A stretch of 63,997 bases of DNA. It comes from a virus. Lineage: Duplodnaviria; Caudoviricetes. The DNA lies in the IMG/VR virus record IMGVR_UViG_3300046018_000239, positions 1 through 63,997 of that record; one strand, given 5' to 3'. A model generated the notes under the pieces. It saw nothing but the letters and a program-made list of their open reading frames with translations, made no database searches and was not told the origin of the DNA. Positions 25,997 to 35,619 of this stretch are shown piece after piece. The number at the start of each line of letters is the position of its first letter. The first letter of the stretch is position 1. Made by a program: the position numbers and the translations under genes.

Positions 25997-27097
25997 ATGA
26001 CTGTCGATACGATGAACGGGCTGCCCGATGGGCAGAACCCGGCGATACCCGATTCCGGGACCGCCAATGCTGCGCCGCCGGATACCTCCGGCAGCATGGC
26101 AGACCGCGATGCTTCTGAACTGGCCGCGGCTCTTGCCGCTGCGCAGGCGGAAGACGTGGTCGCGGACCCGGCCGCAGTAGTCCCCGCTGCTGATCCCCCG
26201 CCCGCGGCGCCCCCGCCGGCCCCCGCTGCCCCGGCCACTCCGCCGGCGCCGCAGGGCCAGGTGATGGTGCCGAAGGCGCGGCTCGACCAGGAGGCCCGTG
26301 CCCGCCGAACGGCGGAGCAACTGGCCGACTATCGGGCTGCCGAGATCGAGGCGTTGCGGAATGGCGCTGGCACCCCGCCAGCACCGGCCACCGCACCGCA
26401 GGGCGCATCCACCACGCCGGTTTCCGAGCAGATCAATGCCCGGCAAGCCGAGGTGCTGGATGCCGCCCGCAAATACGATGCCGGCGAGATCACGAGCGAG
26501 GAGTTGGTCCGCACCCAGCAGGCGGCAGATGCAGCGATTGCGGAACTCCGCTTCGCCGCATTCCAGGCGCCCCAGCAGGCAGCGGCCCAGCCAGGCATAG
26601 CCGACCAGATTGTGCTGCAGACGCAGTTGCAGACCCTGGAAGCCCAGCACCCCTACACGCGGGCGCTGGACAGTCGGCAGGCCCAGCTACTGGCCAACAT
26701 TGCACGCACCGAGGCAGCGGCAGCCGGGCAGCCCTATGGCTCCACGGCCGCCGATACCATGAACCTCCGCGCGCATGTGGCGGCATTGTCGGACCTGTAC
26801 GGGCCGCGGTGGGGCTTGACCCTGCCGCCGGGTGCGCAAGCGCCGGCCGCCCCTCAGTCGCGTCAGCAGGCACAGCAGCCACGACCCACCGGCGCGCAGG
26901 CCCCGGCCATGTCAGCGGAGGCGCAAGCGCGCCTGGCCGCGATGGACCGGGCGGCGGGCCTCCCTCCCGACACCGCGGCAATCGGCGCGGCCGGCATGAC
27001 GGGCGACGACATCACCGAAGCGCGCATCGCCACGATGAGCGACGAGGAGATCGGTGCCCTCCCGGCGGCCGTGCGGAACCGCATCCTTTCAGGATGA
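25997..27097 (+). CDS. Scaffolding protein (putative)
   Basis: Acidic/Pro-rich N-terminus, VPKARLDQE coil, C-terminal MSDEEIGALP; directly upstream of the capsid gene. Confidence 0.8.
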   Translation: MTVDTMNGLPDGQNPAIPDSGTANAAPPDTSGSMADRDASELAAALAAAQAEDVVADPAAVVPAADPPPAAPPPAPAAPATPPAPQGQVMVPKARLDQEARARRTAEQLADYRAAEIEALRNGAGTPPAPATAPQGASTTPVSEQINARQAEVLDAARKYDAGEITSEELVRTQQAADAAIAELRFAAFQAPQQAAAQPGIADQIVLQTQLQTLEAQHPYTRALDSRQAQLLANIARTEAAAAGQPYGSTAADTMNLRAHVAALSDLYGPRWGLTLPPGAQAPAAPQSRQQAQQPRPTGAQAPAMSAEAQARLAAMDRAAGLPPDTAAIGAAGMTGDDITEARIATMSDEEIGALPAAVRNRILSG

Positions 27098-27103
27098 AAT
27101 CCC

Positions 27104-28216
27104 ATGCCTACCACTGATTTTGGCGCGCTCTCCTCGGCGAAGAAGCGCGTTTGGGCCTCGCAGATCTGGATGGCCGGCCGTGACCAGAACTTCTTCATGG
27201 CCAACGGCTTCGTCAGCGACGGCATCAACAGCGTCATCCAGCGCATCAACGAACTGACGGAGACGGCCCGTGGGCGCGTCTGCGTCATGCAGCTGGTCGG
27301 CGACCTCGCCGGCGACGGCGTGGTTGGCGACAACCTGCTGGAAGGCCGCGAGGAGGCGATGTGGAACGACACGCTGGAAATCCGCATCGACCAGATTCGC
27401 AACGGCGTCCGCTCCAAGGGCAAGATGGCCGAGCAGGATACCGTGGTGCGCTTCCGCGCCGTGGGCAAGGAACGCCTGGCCTTCTGGCTCGCCGACAAGA
27501 TCGACGAGTTGATGTTCCTGACGCTCTCCGGCACCGCCTACACGAAGAACCTGGACGGCTCGACGCGCTCGACCTCCAGCCAGCTTTCGTCCCTGACGTT
27601 CGCGGCGGACGTGACCGCCCCGAGCAGCGCCCGCATCATGTACGCTGGCACCAACACCAGCACTGCGACCCTGACCACCGCGGACAAGATGAACTGGAAC
27701 CTGATCGTCAATGCCCAGGCGCAGGCGAAGCGCAAGCGCATCAAGCCGATCCGCTCCAGCGGGCGCGACTACTACGCCTTCCTGCTTTCGACCGAGCAGG
27801 CACGCGACCTGAAGACCGACAGCACCTACCAGACCAACGTGGGCCGCGCCGGGGCGAAGGGCGACAGCAACCCGCTGTTCAAAGGCGCGATGGCGGTCAT
27901 CGACGGGGCGGTCATCTACGACCACCAGAAGGTGCCGAATACGCTGGGCCTGGCCTCGTCCAGCAAGTGGGGCGCCTCGGGCACCGTGGACGGCGCGCAG
28001 GCGACGCTTCTCGGCGCGCAGTCGCTGGGCCTCGCCCTGCTGGGGAACGTGGACTACTCGGAGTCCGACAACACGGACTACCAGAACCGTCCCGGCATGG
28101 CGGTCGGCCGCGTGATCGGCATGGTGAAACCGAAGTACCAGAGCAAGTACGACAGCCGTACCAGCCAGGACTTCGGCCTTCTGTCGATCTACACCGCCGC
28201 CGGCGCCACGCAGTAA
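27104..28216 (+). CDS. Major capsid protein (DUF4043/N4-gp56-like)
   Basis: GDGVVGDNLLEGREE, IDQIRNGV, NPLFKG..AVIDG, LLGAQ, DFG motifs. Confidence 0.9.
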   Translation: MPTTDFGALSSAKKRVWASQIWMAGRDQNFFMANGFVSDGINSVIQRINELTETARGRVCVMQLVGDLAGDGVVGDNLLEGREEAMWNDTLEIRIDQIRNGVRSKGKMAEQDTVVRFRAVGKERLAFWLADKIDELMFLTLSGTAYTKNLDGSTRSTSSQLSSLTFAADVTAPSSARIMYAGTNTSTATLTTADKMNWNLIVNAQAQAKRKRIKPIRSSGRDYYAFLLSTEQARDLKTDSTYQTNVGRAGAKGDSNPLFKGAMAVIDGAVIYDHQKVPNTLGLASSSKWGASGTVDGAQATLLGAQSLGLALLGNVDYSESDNTDYQNRPGMAVGRVIGMVKPKYQSKYDSRTSQDFGLLSIYTAAGATQ

Positions 28217-28318
28217 GCCCTCGGCTGCTGCTGAAGCGGGCCGGCGCATCCGCGCCGCCCGCCTTCTCCCACAACCACCTGCGGGCGCCATGCGCTCCAT
28301 CGGAAAGAGGGCCATCAC

Positions 28319-29047
28319 ATGCCCACCAACTACTCCGTCTATGACGTGCAGATCGCCGATCTGAACCGCGGCCAAAATATCGGCGGCGGCGGTTCCTGCT
28401 TGGTGATCGCGGCGGGCCTGACCAACAAGGTCACGCTCTACGACCCGGACAACAACTATGCCGCGCTGACGCAGCCGGTCGTGCCGAAGAACGGCAAGAT
28501 CCGCTTCGCCACGGTTTCCACCGTGACCTCGGTGGACCTGTACGGCATGGATAGCGTGGGGCGCTTCTTCGTTCGCCGGGGCATGTATCCCGGGGCGGAG
28601 TCGGAAGCCTTCATCATCGGCGACGACTACGAGCAGAATGCCATCGTGCCGTTCGATCCCGCCGACTACACGGCCGGCACCGAACTGCAGACCGGCTTCG
28701 TGTTCCCGATCGGTTCGCTGATCCGGCCGGCGATCTCGATGACGGTCACGGCGCTGCATGCGGCCAAGACCATCAACGTGGGCCTGCTGTCCTCGGAAAG
28801 CGGCGGTTCGGCCTCGGGCCTGATCAACGGCCTGTCGCTGGCCACCGTGGGCGCGATCAAGCCCACCGCGGCGGCGACCATGGGCTCGTTCCTGATCGAG
28901 ACCATCGCCACCACGCCGGCGGTCAACCTGCCTGTGCCGAAGGCCATTGCCGTTGGCGCCGCGCAGACCCTGACGCTGACGACCTCCTCGGCGACGACCA
29001 CGGCGAAGGGGTTCCTCCAGATCCCCTACGTCCGGCCGATCCCGTAA
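28319..29047 (+). CDS. Putative capsid decoration/cement protein
   Basis: Follows the MCP gene; beta-rich; hairpin downstream. Confidence 0.6.
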   Translation: MPTNYSVYDVQIADLNRGQNIGGGGSCLVIAAGLTNKVTLYDPDNNYAALTQPVVPKNGKIRFATVSTVTSVDLYGMDSVGRFFVRRGMYPGAESEAFIIGDDYEQNAIVPFDPADYTAGTELQTGFVFPIGSLIRPAISMTVTALHAAKTINVGLLSSESGGSASGLINGLSLATVGAIKPTAAATMGSFLIETIATTPAVNLPVPKAIAVGAAQTLTLTTSSATTTAKGFLQIPYVRPIP

Positions 29048-29054
29048 TGCCAGG

Positions 29055-29074
29055 GCCGGGGCTTCGGCCCCGGC
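29055..29074 (+). terminator. Hairpin with cUUCGg tetraloop after the capsid genes
   Basis: GCCGGGGC-TTCG-GCCCCGGC; weak U-tract. Confidence 0.55.
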
Positions 29075-29109
29075 TCCCCCTTTCCACCCCAGCCTGAAGG
29101 AATGCCGCC

Positions 29110-29658
29110 ATGAGCGGGACGAAGACGAAGCCGACGCTCGCCGCCGAAAAGCCGGTGCAGTGGTCCGTGCTGGACACCAACGCCAAGGACCGCAACCTCA
29201 AGCGGTATCACGAGTCCGGCGGCCAGCTTTACGGCCTGTCCGCCTATGAGGCGGAACCGATGCCCAAGGAGCATGCCCTGGTGTTCCTGCGTGACCCGTC
29301 CTTCACCGTCCGCGATGAGGCCGGCACCATCGTCCGCACCCTGCCGAAGGCCGCGCTGGCGGCGAAGGGCGAGAAGCTGGAACTGGAAGCCAACCAGACC
29401 ATCGCCACCTACGACGAACTGACCAACGACGCCCTGCTGGCCCGCGCGTCCCTGCGCCCCGGCGGCGCCGTGACCTTCGGCATGCCGCGCGAGGCGCTGA
29501 TGGAGTTCCTGTCGAAGGCCCCGGCCGTGCTGGAACTGGCCCCCGAGGACCGTGCGCGCGACACCGGCACGCCCGAGGACCCGGACATGATGAGCGATGA
29601 GGAACTGGCGAAGATGCCGGGCCGCAGCGCCGACGAACTGCTGATGGGCGGGGGCTGA
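29110..29658 (+). CDS. Hypothetical protein
   Basis: AAGGA RBS; 182 aa. Confidence 0.75.
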   Translation: MSGTKTKPTLAAEKPVQWSVLDTNAKDRNLKRYHESGGQLYGLSAYEAEPMPKEHALVFLRDPSFTVRDEAGTIVRTLPKAALAAKGEKLELEANQTIATYDELTNDALLARASLRPGGAVTFGMPREALMEFLSKAPAVLELAPEDRARDTGTPEDPDMMSDEELAKMPGRSADELLMGGG

Positions 29659-29665
29659 ACCCGCC

Positions 29666-30373
29666 GTGCCCGTCACCCTGGAAATCCGGCAGGTCTGCGA
29701 ACTGGCCCTGCAGAAGATCGGCGCCTTCTCCATCAACGACGCGGCGGCTTCGGCCGAGGAGTTGGAGCGCGCCCGGTCCTGGCTGGACATGGTGGTCGGG
29801 CATATGTGCGCGCAGCGGCGGCGCTGGTGGCTGGTGGAGAACACCGGCACCGTGACGCTCGCCGCGGGCATCAACAGCTATGTGCTGCCGACCGCGCTGG
29901 GCGTCGCTGCCGACTCCATCGAGTTCGTCATCGGCGCTTGGCGCGTGCAGGTGGATGGACCGGAGCGGGTGCCGTTCGACCTGATGCGCCGGCAGGAGTG
30001 GGAAGCAACCACGCGCCTGACCAGCGGGCCGCCCAACCAGGGCTACATCGACCGGGCGACGACCCCGACGCTCTACGTCAACCCGGTGCCCTCGGACCTG
30101 TCCTACAACCTCGACGTGGTGTGGCAATCTTTCTCGCCGGACCTGGTGAGCACCAGCGCGGCCACCCCGCTGCCCAAGATTCGCCGCGCCTGGAATTTCG
30201 CCCTGGTCCACGCCCTGGCGGCAGAGATCGGCGACGGCCCGATCCGCAAGCTGCCCGCCGACGAGGTGAAGGGGATGCGGGACACGGCGAAGCGCCTGCT
30301 GGCGGACCTGGACGCATACGAGGACCAGGAACACGCCGACGAGCCGCGGCGCACCGAATACAACGACTTCTGA
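29666..30373 (+). CDS. Head-tail adaptor (P22 gp4-like)
   Basis: ELALQKIG...LDMVV, TLAAGINSY.L, GPP..GYID, LYVNPVP, ALVHALAAEI. Confidence 0.75.
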   Translation: MPVTLEIRQVCELALQKIGAFSINDAAASAEELERARSWLDMVVGHMCAQRRRWWLVENTGTVTLAAGINSYVLPTALGVAADSIEFVIGAWRVQVDGPERVPFDLMRRQEWEATTRLTSGPPNQGYIDRATTPTLYVNPVPSDLSYNLDVVWQSFSPDLVSTSAATPLPKIRRAWNFALVHALAAEIGDGPIRKLPADEVKGMRDTAKRLLADLDAYEDQEHADEPRRTEYNDF

Positions 30374-30386
30374 GGGGGATGCCGCG

Positions 30387-32033
30387 ATGCGCGCTCTGCT
30401 GACCGACTTCCAGCTGAACAACCCCTACTACGCCGGCTGGACCATCACCGTGTTCGAGGTGAACCAGAACCTGCAGCGCACGACCACTCTCGCTTCGGTG
30501 TTCTCCGACCCGGTGGGCAGCGGGGCGCGAAGCAACCCGATGACGCTGGACAGCAATGGCGCCTTCCCCGGCGGCCCCTGCTACGTCGAGAAGCCGGTCA
30601 TCCTGGAGGCGTCCAACGGGACGCTGACCGTGGACCTGGGCGCGGCCGGCCTGTTTGGGCGCTGGCGCGGCGTGTGGGCCACCTCGACGCTCTACTATGC
30701 TGGCGAGCGTGTGCGGCACCCCAGCAGCCCCAGCACCTACCTGGTCACGACCGGGCATATCAGCGCCACTTTCGCCACGGACCTGGCGAACGGGCTGCTG
30801 GAGCAGGAGATCGACGCCAACAGCATGGCGACCGCCGCCGGCGCGACGCTGCTGGGCACCACCATCCCCACCTCGCCCGCGCCGGGCTACCTGCGGGTCA
30901 ACTCCGCGGGCAACGCAATCGAGGGTTTGGACGGCCCCACCTTGCGCAGTGCCATCCAGGCGGCGGACAGCACGAAGGCCATTCTGAAGGACGGGAGCGT
31001 TGCCTTCCTGGCGGAGCAGGCCCTGGCCGGCGACCCGACGCAGCAACTGAGCGCCGCCCCGAAGCAGTACGTGGATGCTGCGGCCGGCTGGAACCGGGTC
31101 ACCAACGGGGACCAGGAGATTGACCAGCGCCATGAGGGCGCCGCGCAGACCTTCACCGCCGGCGCGGCCTTGGCCATGGCGGTGGACCGGTTCTACGGGT
31201 TCTGCACCGGGGCTAATGTGACCGGGCAGCGGGTGGGCGGTACCGCGCCGAACACCGCCAACTACCGCTTCACCGGCGCGGCCAGCGTCACCGGCATCGG
31301 CTACGGCCACCGCATCATCGCGGAGGACAGTCGGGACCTAGCCGGCAGCACCGCCTCCCTGCTGGTGGACCTGGCTAACACGCTGCTGACCAACGTCACC
31401 TGGGCGCTCTACTACGCGAACAGCACCAACACCTTCGGTTCGCTGGCCAGCCCGACGCGGACCTTGATCGCCACGGGGACCTTCTCGGGGATCAGCAGCA
31501 CCATCACGCAGAAGCGTGTTGATGTGGCCTTGCCGGCGGGGGCCACGACCGGGCTGGAACTGGTGCTGTCGGTCGGCGCGCAGACCTCGGGGACTTGGAC
31601 CATTGGCGGCGTCGGCCTGACGCCAACCGGCGGCAGCAGTGCGATTCAGCGGCGCCCCTTCGGCGTGGAACTCATGCTGTGCCAGCGGTTTTTCCGGAAG
31701 ACCTTCCCGCAAGGCACCGCAGTCGCGGCCAACAGCGGCGTGTTGGGCGGGGCGATTGAAACCTCGGTGCCGGCCAGCGTGACCTCCTTCCATGGCGCAC
31801 TCTGGAAGTTCTCGCCGCCGATGCGGGCCGCCCCAACCACCATCACGACATTCAATCCCCTGGCTGCTGGGGCGTTGTGGTCGAACGCTGCCGCTTCCAG
31901 CACCTCGACCGTTTCGACGGCTCGCCCCAGCGACACCGGCGTCAGCATCTTCATGAACGCCGGGACCGCTTTCTCGCTCGGCAGCCCCGACATTTACCTG
32001 ATCCACGCAACCGCTGACGCGGAGCCAAGCTGA
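30387..32033 (+). CDS. Tail fibre / virion protein
   Basis: N-terminal ASVFSDP...NPMTLDSNG attachment-like domain, AAPKQYVD, NRVTNGD..IDQR, ELMLCQRFF motifs. Confidence 0.8.
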   Translation: MRALLTDFQLNNPYYAGWTITVFEVNQNLQRTTTLASVFSDPVGSGARSNPMTLDSNGAFPGGPCYVEKPVILEASNGTLTVDLGAAGLFGRWRGVWATSTLYYAGERVRHPSSPSTYLVTTGHISATFATDLANGLLEQEIDANSMATAAGATLLGTTIPTSPAPGYLRVNSAGNAIEGLDGPTLRSAIQAADSTKAILKDGSVAFLAEQALAGDPTQQLSAAPKQYVDAAAGWNRVTNGDQEIDQRHEGAAQTFTAGAALAMAVDRFYGFCTGANVTGQRVGGTAPNTANYRFTGAASVTGIGYGHRIIAEDSRDLAGSTASLLVDLANTLLTNVTWALYYANSTNTFGSLASPTRTLIATGTFSGISSTITQKRVDVALPAGATTGLELVLSVGAQTSGTWTIGGVGLTPTGGSSAIQRRPFGVELMLCQRFFRKTFPQGTAVAANSGVLGGAIETSVPASVTSFHGALWKFSPPMRAAPTTITTFNPLAAGALWSNAAASSTSTVSTARPSDTGVSIFMNAGTAFSLGSPDIYLIHATADAEPS

Positions 32034-33910
32034 TGCCTCGCTCAACCCGAGTTGCCGAGTTCGATGTTCAGCGGCCAGGCTATGGCGGCAAGACGGTCAC
32101 GGTCTATGTCGGCGGCACCACCACGCCGGCCAGCGTGTACTCCGACCCCGCCCTGACCGTCGCAGCTGCAAACCCGCAGACCCTGACCAATACCCTCGGG
32201 CCGGATGGGGTGACGGCCTATGGCAAGTGGATCGCGCCGATCTATGTCGGAACGCCCTACGAGTTGAAGGTCGGCGGCACGGATGCGACCGGCATCGAGC
32301 GCCTGCCGCTGTACGACTTCGACGGGGTGGATATGTCCACCGGCACGGCGGAAGCGACCCGCGGCACGGTTGCCCGCACGCTCGCGGCCCACTTCGACGA
32401 TGTGATCCACGTCTCCGACTTCGGCACGCTGGGGAACTCCTCGGCGGCGAACACCACCACCCTGGCGGCGGCCATCGGCGCCGCGGCTACGCAGCAGGGC
32501 GGCAAGGTGCTGGTGCCGCCAGGCAACTGGACTTTCACCACCCTCACGCTGCCGGCCGGCGTGATTCTGGCGGGCGACGGTTCCGGCGTCTGCACCCTGC
32601 GCAGCCTGGAAGCCCAGGCCGTGGTGACGCTGGGCGGCAACGGCGCCGGCCTGGCTGGCATCACGCTGGACGGGGTGAACCTGCTGACCGCTTCGATCGG
32701 CGTCTATGCGGTCGGGCGCACGGACGTTGTGCTGGATGACGTGGTGGTCAAGCGGTTCGATACCGGCATCCATGTGAAGGGCGGCGACCGCATGGTAGCG
32801 CGGCGCTTCTACCTCTCGAACTGCAACAAGGGTGCCGACTTCCGCGGTGATGACGACGCCTCTGCCAGCGCCGCCGGCGGGCCGTTCCGTGGCCTGCTAT
32901 GGGAAGGCGGGAAGGTGGACCTCTGCACCACCTGGGGCGTGAAGTTCAGCTTCATCGACGACATTGTGCAGGGCGCTGATATCTTCAGCGTGGACTTCCT
33001 GTCGAATGCCTGCCCGGCGGTGTTCCTCAATGGCGCGCGTTCGGTGCAACTGGACGGCTGCCGGTGGGCCTCGAACACCACCAATATCCAGATCCAGGAC
33101 GACACCAACGCGAGCCGGATCGCCGACAACACCGCGCGCCAGTTCGCCGTGAACAATGGCCGGATGAACGCCGGCCAGATTCTGTTCAACGGCATCTGCG
33201 ACAAAGTGCTGTTCGATCGCTGCGACTTCGTGAACATCAGCTTCGTCCTCAGCATCCCGACGAACGCGATCCTGCTGCTGGACTGCCGCGAGGACGCGGC
33301 CTGCACCAGCACCGGCGCCACCTCCAAACTGCTGCGCTACGCCAGGTCCGGCCGCGGCCAAGTTCCGGGCGTGACCACGGACAACACCTGGACCATCGCC
33401 TGGAGCCTGTCGCTGAACCCGGGCGAGATTGTCCGTCTGCGGGGGCGGTTCCTGGCGCGGCAGCGGGACGGCGTGAACCAGCTTTCCGGCGAGATCGTCG
33501 CCACGGGCAGCCGGGCGCCGGCCAACTTGGGCTTCGATACCGCCGTGGGAACCCTGGCCATCGGCTCCATCGTCAGCGGCGGCACCTCGGGCGCCTCGGG
33601 GCGCGTCGTGTCCAGCACCCAATCCGGTACCGCCGGCAGCCTCGGCGTGCGGGACATTCAGGGCATCTTCGTGGTCGGCGAGACGCTGGCAACCTCGACC
33701 GGGCAGACCGCGCGCTGCGCCTCGCCGCTGGATACCCCGGCGGTCACGGTCAACAGCGCCGATGTGGCCAGCGTTACCCCGGCGCCGAAGACGGACTCGA
33801 CCTGGGACTACACTGTGGACGCGCAAACCCCGCTGGTCCGGGTGAAGGTGAAGGGTGGCGCCAGCCAGATTGTCGAGTGGCTTGTCGAAGTCGATGTGAT
33901 GAGGCCCTGA
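32033..33910 (+). CDS. Tailspike with a pectate-lyase-like beta-helix
   Basis: ASVYSDP..NPQT N-terminal domain, IHVSDFG...AAI....GGKVLVPPG.W entry motif, beta-helix-like repeats. Confidence 0.8.
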   Translation: MPRSTRVAEFDVQRPGYGGKTVTVYVGGTTTPASVYSDPALTVAAANPQTLTNTLGPDGVTAYGKWIAPIYVGTPYELKVGGTDATGIERLPLYDFDGVDMSTGTAEATRGTVARTLAAHFDDVIHVSDFGTLGNSSAANTTTLAAAIGAAATQQGGKVLVPPGNWTFTTLTLPAGVILAGDGSGVCTLRSLEAQAVVTLGGNGAGLAGITLDGVNLLTASIGVYAVGRTDVVLDDVVVKRFDTGIHVKGGDRMVARRFYLSNCNKGADFRGDDDASASAAGGPFRGLLWEGGKVDLCTTWGVKFSFIDDIVQGADIFSVDFLSNACPAVFLNGARSVQLDGCRWASNTTNIQIQDDTNASRIADNTARQFAVNNGRMNAGQILFNGICDKVLFDRCDFVNISFVLSIPTNAILLLDCREDAACTSTGATSKLLRYARSGRGQVPGVTTDNTWTIAWSLSLNPGEIVRLRGRFLARQRDGVNQLSGEIVATGSRAPANLGFDTAVGTLAIGSIVSGGTSGASGRVVSSTQSGTAGSLGVRDIQGIFVVGETLATSTGQTARCASPLDTPAVTVNSADVASVTPAPKTDSTWDYTVDAQTPLVRVKVKGGASQIVEWLVEVDVMRP

Positions 33911-33913
33911 CCT

Positions 33914-35317
33914 ATGGCGCAGTGGGCGAAGTGGCCGACGAAGGACGCGCTGTTCACCAACGCGGACCCGACGATCCTGCGGGTGGCGCCGGCGGCGGTG
34001 GAGAACCTCTATGCCAATGCCGCCGGCGGGTTCTCGCGCACGCCGGGGCTGCAGAGTTTCCTCAGCCTGCCGGGCGCCGGGCGCGTCTATGTCTATGGCT
34101 GGCGCGACAACCTGGTTGCTGCCACGCGCTCGGGGAAGATCTACCGTATTGGCCAGGACGGCGTGGCGGAGGACGTGACCGGCGTTCCGCTCTCCGGCGG
34201 GCAGCGGCCGGTGTTCTCCGGCACCGAGGATGAACTGGTCATCGCCGCCGGCGGGCCGATCCTGCGCCTGGCGTCGCGGCGCACGGAGATCCTGTCGGAC
34301 AACGCGCCGGCATCAACCCATGTGGCCTTTGTGGACGGCTACCTGGTGGCGATCGAGAGCCATAGCGGGCGGTTCTGGTACAGCGACCCCGGCGCCTACC
34401 GGACCTGGAGCGACCTGTCGGTGTTCACCGCCGACGCCAAGCCGGACGACCTGAACGCCTGCATCGTCACGCCCTACCGGGAACTGCTGCTGTGCGGCCA
34501 GGACAGCATCGAGCAGTACGAGCGGCTGGCGAATGGCAAGGCCCCCTTCTACCGGCGCTGGACCACGGGTGAAGGCCTTGGCTACCCCTACACCATCGTC
34601 GCCGATGTGAACGGCACCTGGGGGGTGAACAAGCGCAAGCAATTCGTCGAGTTCCGCGCCCAGGTCAGCCGCGAGCAGAGCGTCAATGTGGCGATGACCA
34701 TGCAGGCGGTGGAAGACTGGACCGACGCATGGGCCGCCCCGATCCTGGTCCACGGCCAGTGGTTCATCATCGTGCAGGCCCCGTTTGCCTCGAACCACTA
34801 CGGCGGCAAGGGCGTCACCTTCCTGCTGGACAACCGCACCCACAAATGGAGTTTCCTCTACGGCTGGAATGCCGCAGCTGGCCAGCCGGCGCGGTGGCCT
34901 GGCTGGTCCGTCGCCGACGCCTGGGGGCGCACCTTCGTCGGCGTCGAGGACGGCATCGCGGAGATGAGCGGCGACACCTACGATAACCTCGGCAGCCCAT
35001 CCCGGGTGCTGATGCGGTCGGCCCACGTTTCCGACTTCGGCCCGAGCCGCATCGACAACGTGCGTATTCGGCTGCGCCGCGGTGCCGGGCCGGCTGGCGG
35101 GCCTGTGCCGCAGGTCGGCCTGCGGATGATCCGCGACAACGCCCGCGCGACGAACTGGTCCTGGCGCAACCTGGGTGGGCCGGGCGACAACGACCTGACG
35201 CTGCGCTTTGGCGGCATGGGCAGCGCGGACACCTGGCAGATGGAAATCTGCTGCACCGACTCGGTGCCGTTCGAGTTGACCGAGGCGTGGGCGCAGGTGG
35301 AGCGGCTGGGGTGGTAG
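33914..35317 (+). CDS. Packaged-DNA stabilisation / tail nozzle protein (P22 gp10-like)
   Basis: ENLY, RTPGL, VAFVDGYLV, FWYSD, ADAKPDD, ELLLCGQDSIE motifs. Confidence 0.85.
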   Translation: MAQWAKWPTKDALFTNADPTILRVAPAAVENLYANAAGGFSRTPGLQSFLSLPGAGRVYVYGWRDNLVAATRSGKIYRIGQDGVAEDVTGVPLSGGQRPVFSGTEDELVIAAGGPILRLASRRTEILSDNAPASTHVAFVDGYLVAIESHSGRFWYSDPGAYRTWSDLSVFTADAKPDDLNACIVTPYRELLLCGQDSIEQYERLANGKAPFYRRWTTGEGLGYPYTIVADVNGTWGVNKRKQFVEFRAQVSREQSVNVAMTMQAVEDWTDAWAAPILVHGQWFIIVQAPFASNHYGGKGVTFLLDNRTHKWSFLYGWNAAAGQPARWPGWSVADAWGRTFVGVEDGIAEMSGDTYDNLGSPSRVLMRSAHVSDFGPSRIDNVRIRLRRGAGPAGGPVPQVGLRMIRDNARATNWSWRNLGGPGDNDLTLRFGGMGSADTWQMEICCTDSVPFELTEAWAQVERLGW

Positions 35318-35619
35318 CGGCATCCGGCAATACCCTATCGCCGCCGCCGCGCCTTTCCGGCGACCAGCAGGCCGACAACCAGGCGATGCAGCAATGGGTC
35401 CAGTCGCTCTATGTGGCGCTGGCGCTGAACGCGAATGTGGTCGGCACGCAGGAGGACCATGAGGCGCGGATTGCCAAGCTGGAGGCCGCGCTGGCGCAGA
35501 TCGCCGCCCTGACTGCGGCGGCATCGCCGGCCTCGGCCACCTACGCCCAAGCCGACGCCACGGTGCTGGCCGACAACATCAACGCCATCATCACCGCCGC
35601 AGGGAGCGTGACCGCATGA
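35311..35619 (+). CDS. Small tail protein (needle-like position)
   Basis: GTG 35311 overlaps the upstream stop; coiled segment DHEARIAKLE. Confidence 0.6.
   Translation: MVAASGNTLSPPPRLSGDQQADNQAMQQWVQSLYVALALNANVVGTQEDHEARIAKLEAALAQIAALTAAASPASATYAQADATVLADNINAIITAAGSVTA

Noticed and set aside
18961-33910. Diversity-generating retroelement or invertible tail-fibre shufflon
   Set aside because: No reverse transcriptase, TR/VR pair or inverted fibre segments were seen; the resolvase homolog is distant and degenerate.
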